Source of the DNA: an uncultured Verrucomicrobiota bacterium
Lineage (GTDB): Bacteria; Verrucomicrobiota; Kiritimatiellia; RFP12; UBA1067
DNA length: 64,000 nucleotides
Direction of reading: 5' to 3'
NCBI GenBank assembly: GCA_946613265.1
Contig: CAMOFK010000002.1
Span: 33,817 to 97,816, forward strand
The translations under genes and the position numbers were made by a program. The notes beneath the pieces were generated by a model. It was not told the origin of the DNA. It made no database searches and was given only the letters and a program-made list of their open reading frames with translations. Positions within the stretch are counted from its first letter, which is position 1. Every line of letters starts with the position of its first letter. Below are positions 41,859-52,000 of this stretch, in pieces.

Positions 41859-44429
41859 ATGAAAAAGACACTTTTGACAATGCTGGCTATGGCCGCCGCG
41901 GTCTGTTCATTCCAGGCCGGCGCGGAAACGGTGCAAATATCGGATGCCGAAGATTGGGCGGCGTTCGCGGCCCGCGTGAACAACGGCGAGACGGCGCTCG
42001 ACGCGGAACTGACTGCCGACGTGACGCTCGCGCAAGACTCCCCGCGCGTCGGCGACTCCGTGGAACATCCATACGCCGGTTCGTTCAACGGCAACAGCCA
42101 CAAGCTGACTTTGAACTGGAATTCTTCCGGCGTCGAACGTCTCGCTCCGTTCGGCTACGTTTCCGGCGCGAAGATTTCCGATTTGCACACGGCCGGCGCT
42201 ATTGTCACCGATAGCCAGTTCGCATCCGGGCTGATTGGCGAAGCGCGCCCAAAAGGCGCTGTCATATCGCGCTGCCGTTCGTCCGTTGCAATCACGAGCA
42301 CCTTAAGCGGCGATGCGACCATGGGAGGCTTCGTCGGCAGGACTTACTGGGAATCGCAGCTTGTCGAGTTGAATAACTGCCTTTTCGACGGCTCGCTGAT
42401 TGCTGCGGACGGAACCAATATCGGCGGTTTTGTCGGCTACAATTTCGATGCGACACAACTCACAATCATAGATTCTTTATTCGCTCCGCAAAGTTATAAC
42501 TTGCAGACAGAAGACGGCTCTGCTACATTTTCTAGACATGTGTCGTGGACTTCCCTCTCATTAAGGAACAGTTTCTACACGACTGCGGTGGGCGAAACCC
42601 AAGGCACGGACGCCTCCGCGATGACGCCGGAGCAGCTTGCCGAGGCTCTCGGCGGCGCTTGGAGCGTTTCGGATGGCAAGCCAATTCCTTCGGCTGCCGC
42701 CTTTGAGGAGTTCAAGCATCGTACCGGCGTCATCGAATTGTTGAAGAACGGCGAAGGCGGCAACACGGACGGATGGTTGGTCGATAGAGGCTCATGGGGG
42801 AAGCAGACGGGCAATGGCAGCTGGTTCTGGCCGAATACGGAAGCCCTGTCTAGATTGTCGCAGTGGGTGACGCTTGAGGATTTCGGAATCACAACGAACG
42901 ATGTCATGGCGGGCGTTTCCGTGACTGCTTCCGTCACGGCACGATGCCGGATTGGCAGTCTGGCCGCCTATGTCAAGCTGATTCAGTTTGGCAATAACGG
43001 AAGCATCGCCGAGACTACGTTGATGGACAGGACAGGCAAAGAATTCGCCGAGACCACCTATACGACAAATATCACGCTCGACGCCAATACGACAGTACTG
43101 CAATATATGCTGGTGGGGCAGCAGCCGGAGAGCGGCGAATACTTGTCCGGTCCAGCCTTCAAGCAGTGCAGCCTGACCACGTCGCGCTTCGCAATATCCT
43201 TTGTGTCGGAAGGCGCCGAGGTCGATAAAGTCTACTTCTTCAACATCTCTGGCGTGACGGCTCCTCGGCCGGGCTACCTCTGGAACCACGTTTTCATCGG
43301 CTACTATACGCAGGAAACGGGGGGAGAGCAGATTTTCGACGGCAACTGCCGCTACACGAATCCCGCGGCTTGGACGCCGAATGGGAGTGCCACACTCTAC
43401 GCGCATTGGCGCCCCCGGGTCGTCAGTTTCAAGTTTGTTTCGTCCGGTTCGACCGTCGGAGACTTGAACTACAACTTTGAGGGCGAGGCGCCGACAGCGC
43501 CGATCCCAGTCCGCAAGGGCGACTACAAATTCCTCGGCTACTACACGGAGAGCGGCGTGCAGGTTTACGACGAGAACGGCGCTTTCGTCGCAAGTTCCGC
43601 TTCCGCTTTGACGCCGGATACGACGCTCTATGCGAGTTGGAAGCTCCCCGAGGGCAGCGCCGCTAAGCTCGTCTATCGCGGGCAGTTGAGCCGTCTGACC
43701 GGCGAACCCGCGACAAACGATACGGCGTACGAAAAGACGATGCACTTCCGCGTTTACGACTCGGCGGAAGCGGCGACGCCGCTTTGGAAGATCGACGACC
43801 AGCATGTGACCGTGAACGCCGACGGCAGCTTCGTGCACATGTTCGGCGACGAGACGCTCGCCGCGCTCATCGCGACAGGAAACGTCTCGCATGTCGGCGT
43901 GGCGATCGGCACGTACGCAAACACGGCTGCGGAATTGAAGCCGCGCCGCGAGCTGCGCTCTGTCGCGGCAGTGAACCGTGCGATTACCGCGGAAGGAGCG
44001 GCGCTCGATATCCGCGTCGGCAATCTCGCCACCGAGAATGCGTTGCTGGCGGCCGACGCGACCGTTTCGCATCTCGAAGTCGCAGGCACGGTGACGGCGC
44101 CGGGCGCCGGCAAGATCGAGGTCTCCCCGCTCACGGTCGGCGCGGGCGAGCGCACGCAGCTCTTGCGCGGCAAGGGCGTCAAGGCGTTCGCGCGCACGGC
44201 GCCTTCCGTGTTGGTTCCCAATTCCGGCGCGGTCTTGAGAGGCGCGGTCCTCGCGACGGCGCCGGCGGACGGCGTGGCGCTCGTTTCGAGCGCGGCGTTC
44301 GGCGAGCGCGCTTTGCGCTGCCCGGCGGTCGTCCAATATTGCCGCGCAGGCGAAAGCGTGCGCGCGCCGACATCCGACGATGGCGGCCTCAAGGTGACGT
44401 TCTTCCCGTTCGTCCGGAACGACCGTTGA
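41859..44429 (+). CDS. Secreted GLUG-motif protein with C-terminal List_Bact repeats
   Basis: Signal peptide MKKTLLTMLAMAAAVCSFQAGA. Repeated GLUG-type motifs (ASGLIGEARP, MGGFVGRTY, IGGFVGYNF). List_Bact units (…GYLWNHVFIGYY…LYAHW; …GDYKFLGYYTE…LYASW). Tail VTFFPFVRNDR. Confidence 0.65.
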   Translation: MKKTLLTMLAMAAAVCSFQAGAETVQISDAEDWAAFAARVNNGETALDAELTADVTLAQDSPRVGDSVEHPYAGSFNGNSHKLTLNWNSSGVERLAPFGYVSGAKISDLHTAGAIVTDSQFASGLIGEARPKGAVISRCRSSVAITSTLSGDATMGGFVGRTYWESQLVELNNCLFDGSLIAADGTNIGGFVGYNFDATQLTIIDSLFAPQSYNLQTEDGSATFSRHVSWTSLSLRNSFYTTAVGETQGTDASAMTPEQLAEALGGAWSVSDGKPIPSAAAFEEFKHRTGVIELLKNGEGGNTDGWLVDRGSWGKQTGNGSWFWPNTEALSRLSQWVTLEDFGITTNDVMAGVSVTASVTARCRIGSLAAYVKLIQFGNNGSIAETTLMDRTGKEFAETTYTTNITLDANTTVLQYMLVGQQPESGEYLSGPAFKQCSLTTSRFAISFVSEGAEVDKVYFFNISGVTAPRPGYLWNHVFIGYYTQETGGEQIFDGNCRYTNPAAWTPNGSATLYAHWRPRVVSFKFVSSGSTVGDLNYNFEGEAPTAPIPVRKGDYKFLGYYTESGVQVYDENGAFVASSASALTPDTTLYASWKLPEGSAAKLVYRGQLSRLTGEPATNDTAYEKTMHFRVYDSAEAATPLWKIDDQHVTVNADGSFVHMFGDETLAALIATGNVSHVGVAIGTYANTAAELKPRRELRSVAAVNRAITAEGAALDIRVGNLATENALLAADATVSHLEVAGTVTAPGAGKIEVSPLTVGAGERTQLLRGKGVKAFARTAPSVLVPNSGAVLRGAVLATAPADGVALVSSAAFGERALRCPAVVQYCRAGESVRAPTSDDGGLKVTFFPFVRNDR

Positions 44430-44460
44430 AAGGTTGAAAAGTTTAAAGGTTGAAGGGTTG
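44425..44460 (+). repeat. Junction motif GTTGAAAGGTTGAAAAGTTTAAAGGTTGAAGGGTTG
   Basis: Direct read. Lies immediately after the GLUG-protein stop. Confidence 0.8.
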
Positions 44461-44665
44461 ATGGCGAAGAACGGCAACAGCAGCCTCGACCGGGCCAAGA
44501 AGCAGAAGGGCGCGTACATGACAATCCTGAGAGTACGAATTATTTCTGCAATACAGACCAGTCGTTCACGCTAGACAGAGATGGAACAGTCCGCGTCTGC
44601 AAGTTTGGCTACGCATGTGAATGCTGCACAAACCGGACATGCCATGTAGAACGGGAGGTGCAACG

Positions 44666-45412
44666 ATGAAAACGCGAAAGCCATTTTATGTCATTGCTAT
44701 CCTGTCGATGGCGATTATGATGTCTCGACATGCCGAAAGCGCAGTCATATACGACCCTATGCCCGTGGGCAAGCTGCCGCCAAATGGCTTTTTCTCGCTT
44801 GATTCTCCGCCGGAATCGTTTCCGGAGGAACTTCTTTGCAAGGTGCGGGAAAATGCCGCCGCGCAATGTGCGCCCTTTGCCACTTGCACGACCGCGACCA
44901 ACGATGTCAGACACATCCGTGCCGCTCTCGATTCTTTAGATTATGTTTGCGCCACCAATCAGTGGAATTATCGGCTGGTGGAAGAGGCGATGAATTTCGA
45001 AAGGATCAAGGAGTCGCCGGACTATCGCGCATTTGCGTCTGTCGTATCAAATGATTGGACGCTCGCGCTTGAACATTTGGACGAACTTGCGACCAACGAT
45101 TTGGAACGCTTGCTGATACTTGGCGTCGGCAAGACATACGACGAGGATTTTTATATTGAACACATGGGTGCGCTCGCCAGCATGGTGACGAACAATCTTG
45201 TTTTGGCCGAAGAATTTTCGTGGGCGCGCGCAAGCACGCGGTTTGATCTCCAGTCCTGTCTTATCCGCCGATACCAAGAACCCAAGGTGATCGCGCTGAT
45301 CGACAAATACAAGGCGGTGCAGCCAGACCGGACGAACTATTGGGACAGCGTGCTTTCCGGTGTCGCATATACCAATTATCTGGAAGAAGTGAAGGCTGGA
45401 CTTTGGCAGTGA
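44666..45412 (+). CDS. Hypothetical secreted protein (low-GC gene)
   Basis: GGGAGG RBS. Signal peptide MKTRKPFYVIAILSMAIMMSRHAESA. GC about 50%. Confidence 0.5.
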   Translation: MKTRKPFYVIAILSMAIMMSRHAESAVIYDPMPVGKLPPNGFFSLDSPPESFPEELLCKVRENAAAQCAPFATCTTATNDVRHIRAALDSLDYVCATNQWNYRLVEEAMNFERIKESPDYRAFASVVSNDWTLALEHLDELATNDLERLLILGVGKTYDEDFYIEHMGALASMVTNNLVLAEEFSWARASTRFDLQSCLIRRYQEPKVIALIDKYKAVQPDRTNYWDSVLSGVAYTNYLEEVKAGLWQ

Positions 45413-45443
45413 TGTCGCCAAACGAAAATGAAAGAATTGCTGA

Positions 45444-46028
45444 ATGAAGATTGACCCACTATCGCTGACTGCGCGAGAACTGTGCGAAGGCTACGCCGAC
45501 CATGCGGAGGACGGCGTGGTTGCGTATGGCGGCAGGCTCGACATCCGCCCGAAGTATCAACGCGAGTTCATCTACTCCGAAAAGCAGCAGCAGGCAGTCG
45601 TAAACACGGCGATGCACGGCTGGTCTCTGAATACGATGTACTGGGCCGTGCGCGGCGACGGCACGTTCGAGGTCATCGACGGACAGCAGCGCACCTTGTC
45701 CCTCTGCCGCTTCTGCGAGGGCGACTTCTCCTTCCCGTGGCGCGGCTCACGGCAGACGGCGACGTGCCGCGCACGAGCGGAATCTACGAGTATCTTCTTT
45801 CCGGCGGCGAGCGGGAGAGCGCGCTTTCCATCCGCAAGTTCACAGATTCGCAGAAACGCTCGGCCTGCGAGCGGCAGGGCTTGGGCCTGTCCCGTCTGCG
45901 GCAAGCGTTTCGAATTCGAGGAAATGCACGGCGACCGCAAGACGCCGTGGCCGAAAGGCGGGCACACCACGCCCGACAATCTACAAACGCTTTGCCGCAT
46001 ATGCAACCTAAGGAAAGGCAATGTGTAG
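45444..46028 (+). pseudogene. DUF262 (ParB-like, DGQQR) plus HNH mini-nuclease, apparently disrupted by two compensating frameshifts
   Basis: Frame 1 gives the N-terminal …RPKYQREFIYS…EVIDGQQRTLSL (DUF262) and the C-terminal CPVCGKRFEFEEMHGDRKTPWPKGGHTTPDNLQTLCRICNLRKGN (HNH). The roughly 150-nt middle reads as Arg/Ala/Ser junk in that frame but as plausible protein in frame +1 (ORF 45482..46060). Confidence 0.45.
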
Positions 46029-46038
46029 TCGCTCATGA

Positions 46039-46066
46039 GGTTGAAAAGCTGAAAGGTTGAAAATTC
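46039..46066 (+). repeat. Junction motif GGTTGAAAAGCTGAAAGGTTGAAAATTC, abutting the giant gene's ATG
   Basis: Direct read. Confidence 0.8.
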
Positions 46067-49000
46067 ATGAATTTCGATAACTATATTAAATCACGCATGG
46101 AGGGCAAAGCAATGAGCCTTGCAGAAAAACTCGCTGGAAAGATGAAAAGTCGCTTTTCAACTTTTCACCTTTTCAACTTTACAACCGCAGCGTTTGCGTT
46201 CGCGCTCTGCGCGACGGCAAACGCCGCTCCGCCAGAGGATACAGAACTCACGCTTGGCGAGGTTGAGCTGCCTGTATATATCTATTCGGCGGGCGGCAAC
46301 TCCGGCTTCGCGCAGCCTTCCGTGGCGTATCCGATTTCCACCGTCAAGGCGCCCACGCTGCCAGAAGAACAGGTGACGAGCGTCTCGGACAAGGACAAGA
46401 CGAAGACTTGGCAGCTCTTCGCCTGGACGGTCGGGCGCACGCTCTCGGAGCAGCCGCCGGACGCCAGGCTCGGCGACTTCTGCACCGACACCATCTACAA
46501 CCCGGAGGATATCGACTGGCTCGCGACCATCGCGACAAACAAGGCGCTCGTCGCCAATGGCCAGATCGTTTTCAACACCGGCGCGACGAATGCGTACGAG
46601 CGGCTGATCTTCACCGCGAGCGGCGCGACGGAGATTACATGGGTGAACACCGCCGGCGAGACAGAGTCGCGCACGTACAACATCGGCAGCTCGTCGTCGG
46701 CGCGTCCCTACAGGCTCTTCGCCACGCGCGCCGATGAGGGGAATTCCGCCGCGTTCATCGACCTCTCCGGAAAGTACGTCAGATTTTTTGGCGACAAGAA
46801 ACTGCTCGAGAGCCGCTATGCCGAGACTACGCCGGGCGCCTCTAACGTGGTTTACGGTATAGACTACGATCCTTCAAAAAGCAAGCTTCTCACGGTGCGC
46901 TACACGGTCGATGAAGCAACCGGTGCCATCGATTGCCCGCAGGGGCAGTTCGTGCTGGCCTACTACGACACCGAAACGAAGGATCGCATGGTCGCGCATA
47001 TCGTCGTCGAGATATGCCCTCCGAATATCACCACGCTCAATGTCGAAGTCGGCGATTGCCTCAAGCCGGCGGGCGGCGGCTTCGGCTCCGGCCAGCTCTA
47101 CGCCGTCGCTTCCGCAGGCCTCTCGCGCGAGGATAACGACTTGTATTCGCCGTATCTCGAGAAGTATTCCGCCCCCGAGGGAGAGGAGCTTACCGATCCA
47201 GACCACGGCAAGATTTTCGCCGTCGCGCCCACGGACGTGACGACAAGTTCCTCCGGCATCGCTATGCCGTGGAAGGCGGACATCTTCTGGCAGACGGAAG
47301 ACCCGATGAAGACGAAGTGGAACTTCGAGCACGACTGGTACCTCATCAGCTGGCCGGAGAAGCCCGTTCGCGTCGTCGTCGCGCCGAACGGGGCGCCGGC
47401 GGGATGCTCCGTCGTCGTGCCGACAAATTATGTCGCTTCCACATCCGGCTTCAAGCTTCCGAGCACCGTTTCCGCCAATTACGATTCTTTCAAGGGCGAG
47501 ATGACGTTCAGCGGCGCGAGCGGAGACAAGATCCTTGTCAAGCTCGTCAATCAGAACAACAAGGGCTGCCCGTCGTTCATCCCCGTCGAGCTGACCGGCT
47601 ACGCGAATCCGCTTGTGGCGTCGCCTTGGCTCTACGAATGGCCAGTCGGCGTCGAGATCACGCCGCGCATCGGCATCGAGGCCGGCCCGCTGGCGCGCGC
47701 GGTTTCCGAGCGCATCGACGACAATCTCGCAGGCTACATCTACGAGCCAGAATCGCGCGGACGCAACTGGAACCCGCGGCTCTACCATCGTCCAGGCGGC
47801 TCGAGCGTGGTTCCGCTCGACGTCCCCTCGCTCGACGAAATAGAATCCGAAGCGGCCCGCGAGCCCGCCGACGCCTATGAAGATCTCGATTCCTCCATCT
47901 ACGGCGTGAACGAAAGCGGCTCGAAGATCCAGGTGTGGTGGAGAGCGAATTTCCAGACGCCGCAGATGAGCGTGCCTGTCGTTTATCCGGCGCTCGTGCA
48001 GAACTACAACGTGACATGGAACGCGACGATGGCGAACGGCCTCCTGCCGCAGATCGCCTTCTCCTCGCAGTGCGGTTCGGACGACCCCACGCTGACTGCA
48101 TGCAGCGGGCGCTCCCTCCTTCTCGTCGAGACGAATTCGATGGCGAGCGTCGAACTTGGCAACACGGCGCTTTCCGTGACGGAATCCGCCAACCTCGGTT
48201 TCTCCTGCTACGTCTCTCCCGACGAGACGGAGAACGGCGAGTTGGCCGCGATGCCGGGACGCCTCGCGAAATTCCGCTTCGGCGGGCGCAAGACCGGCGA
48301 CGTCGCCGTGATCGACGCGATACTCGTCAAGGGCGAGACGAATGACTACAGCGTCGTCGTTTCTACGACGGCTGGCGGCGCCACGACGCAGGAGACCTAT
48401 CCCGTAACGCCCGGCGAATGGGCGGACATCCCTGCGCCAATTCCCGAACCGGCGCGCGGCTGCACGGTTTCCGCGACATACGGCGCGGAGAACCAGACGG
48501 CGGGCGATGCCGCGACATTCGTGGCCCTCGACAACCTCGAAATCTGGTACGGCCCGGCGACCAACGCAGTCGATTTCCTCTACGCATTCGCGTTTGGCGA
48601 CAACGATCTGGCGACGCTCGGCACGAACGGCACCGTCCGCACATCCACGGATCCGCTAGGCAACGTGCTGACTTGCCGCAACTGCTCGATGGCCGGTGCG
48701 GGCGCGCCGCGCGCCTTCGAGAAGAAGTTCGCGGCGAATAATGGCGTGGCACCGGAAATCTACTACGAGAACAACCCGAACAACATCGGCTACAACCCGA
48801 ACGAAGAACATGCGTTCATAGATTTCAACAACTCCAACTACACCGTCTGGGCGTTGAGAAACGATCTGAACACCGAGAATTCTTCGCAGCCGCTCGTCCT
48901 GGTGATGTATGCCGAGAACGGTAAGGGCAAGATGCAGGCCTTCACGCTCGCGAAGACCTCCATCCACCACCCGGAGTTTTCCAGCTCCGCCATCGTCGGC

Positions 49001-52000
49001 AACCAGCTGTTGCCGCCGGCGCCGATCTCCCGCCTCTCCGGCAGCAAGACTTCCATCGACACCGCGGCGTCGGCGTTCGCGTTCGACGACAACGCCGTCG
49101 CCTACAAAGACCGCAAGAACGCCCTCTGGGCGCGTCGCGACGGCATCGCCTACGCCAAGTACGGCTACCCGATGCAGACGGGCTTCTACTTCCCGTCGCT
49201 CGTCGAGCAGCCCGCGGTCGGCACGCCGATCGCCTGGCTTGCATGCGAAGGTTTGCAGGCGCCGACGATGGACGACATCACCAACATCGCCGCAGCGGTG
49301 AACTGGAAGTGGACCGCTCAATGGCCTTTGCAGGTTCCGGAAATGAAGATCGGCCAGGTGCTGACGAAGGCGGCGCTCGGGCTTCCCGAAGTCTGGAACG
49401 CCTCGTCCATGGCAGTCTGCTACCCGAATCCTTCCGCGGCCGACGTGGAAGCCGGTAGTTCCCTCGGCCTGCCCGTAGTCGAACTCATCGACCCTACCGT
49501 CGTGCAGAAGTCCGAAAAGACGCTTGACGTGAACTCGAACTTCCCCGACGAGTGGGGCTTCGTGGTCGGGCCTTCCGGCACGACGTTCCTCCGCAAGGGC
49601 AAATACTACTTCACCGGCCTGCCGCCGTCCATTTCGGACCGTTTCTACGTCACGGTAGAGAACGGGCAGGCCTCGATGAACCTCATCGGGCAGTACGTCG
49701 AGAAGGAAGCCGGCGGCTCGTACCTCGAGCTTAACGTGCTCACCGACGCGGAGCGCGCGGCCATCAAGGCGCTGTGCACGCTCGATCCGACGCAGAAGGC
49801 CGCGGAAGTCGCGGCCTGGAACGCGGCGGCGGATTCGCTCGCCGTTGCGGAAGTGCAGCCGTCTCCTCGCACGAACGTCCCGGACGGCGTCCCGTCCGAA
49901 GGGCGCGTCGAGATGATGCTCGCCTTCCCGAGCAAGGATCTGTACGATGCCTGGGTGAGCAAGATGAGGTGGGACGACTCTCTCATCGCCAGCCGCTTTA
50001 CCGTCGAGGAGATCACTCTCAGCAGCATCGGCACGCCTCTCAAGGTCGTCGTCGGCAAGGCCGTCGAAGCAGACGGCGTCGCATTCGCCAAGTGGCATCT
50101 GAGCAAGATACGTACCGAGAAGGTGAAGGAAGGACGCCTCGAAGCCGCCAAGTCCCGCTACGAAGAACTCGGCCTCAATACATATCTCGGCAAGGAGTGG
50201 GACGAGGAGACGGGAGAAAAGACGACTTGGCCTGTCACATTCGTCGAAGGCTACTTCACGTGGGATGCGAAGGAATATCCCGCCGCGAACACGTATCTGC
50301 CGCGCGACCACTACGCGCTCGTCGCCAACGGCCTCGGTGTCGGATATGTCACGCTCATCGAGAACGACAACCCCGATCCGACGCAGGTGTCCGACGGCCT
50401 GCCGGTGCGCATGCACGTCATCAAGGTCGTGCCGGAATTGTACACGGACGGCATCGCGGTCTTGACCGACTCTCTGAACAAGCTTTCCGAAAAGCTCACG
50501 CTCCTCTATCGCACGCCGCTCGGTTCCTCCGCGAAAGACTTCGAATTCCAGTGGGCGTACACGACGCCGATGGCAAACGGCGACGTCCCGGAGAAGGGCA
50601 CGTCCTATTGGAAGGACAAGGCGCAGGAGACGGGACTCGTCTCGGTGCAGCTCGGCGAGAATGGCGCGAACCTCCAGGACTATGTCAATACCTATTATAC
50701 TCTGCGCTACCGTCCCCGCAAGGGTTCGCCCGCGTGGGAGGTCTTGAAGCTGGCTAACGGCTGGACGGACGACGAGCAGTTCTGGAGCCCGTGGGTGGAC
50801 GAGCAGCTCGCCGAAGGCTGGCTGCAGCGCGTTCTCAACTCTCTCACGCCGTTTGCGCAGCGCGTGGAGGATTTCTACTCCAACCAGAGCGACATGTGGC
50901 TCACGATGCTCGAGCAGATCGGCCGTCCCTACCAGGGCGACGTGGCGCTCAACAACGACAATCTCAAGCAGATCGGCCTGCTTGAACTCTACCAGACGAT
51001 ATTCAACCGCGCCGAGGCGTTGCTCGTCGCCGCCGGCGGCAACAACATCGACATGTCCAAGCAGCTCATGCTTGCGCAGACGCGCATGGGCGAATTCTAT
51101 TCTCTCCTTGGCGCCGAGGCGTATTCCGACGCGAAGAACCCGCTGATTTCTCCGGCCGCCGACGGCCAGAAGTTCGCGTCCGGAACGTTCTCGTTCGCGA
51201 ATCAGGTTCCGTCGCTTCTCGACGAGGAACTCGCGCTCCTGCGCGGCCGCACGAAGGCGACGCAGTTCCCGCGCATGACCGAGGCGCCGCTCTACAACCG
51301 CCTCGCCTGGAACCTGACAAAGGGAATAACCGAGGGCGAGCCCGCGTACGTCGCCAACTACGGCATCCGTGCGCGCGACGGCATCCTCGACGTCAACTGC
51401 GCGGCTGCGCAGTATCCGCAGGGCCACGGCGACGCATGGGGCCACTACCTCTCGGCCATCACCGGCTACTACCGCCTCCTGCGCAACCCGTGGTTCGATT
51501 GGGCGACGGCGATGGGCGAGATGCTCATGGACCAGAAACTCATGAACGTCGATTACCAGGATGAGCAGAAGCTCGCCGATGCGGCCGTCAAGCTCGTCCA
51601 GACAGGTACCGACGCCATGGATCTCACGCTTCGCAAGGCTTACAAGGAGAACGCCGGCAACACCGACGCGGCCTATTTCGACTCCGACACCGAGCAGGCG
51701 TTTGGCTACGGCGAATGGGCGACGCGCACGGGCATGGCGGCCGCTTACAACTGGATGACGGTGAATGCGCTCCTGCCGACGAACGACGCGCCCTACCAGG
51801 CGTTCACCGACAAGGGCGTCAAGAAGATCGACCGCACCACGGCGACGCAGCTTCCCGCCCTTGCATCCTCCGTCCGCGTGATCGAGAGGAAGCTGAACGG
51901 CTACGAGGCGGGTGCGAACCCGCTGGGCCTCGACGAGAACGCGATCCCGTTCGATATCGATCCCGACCGCCTGGCGCAGAAGGAGTCGCACTTCGAGCAG

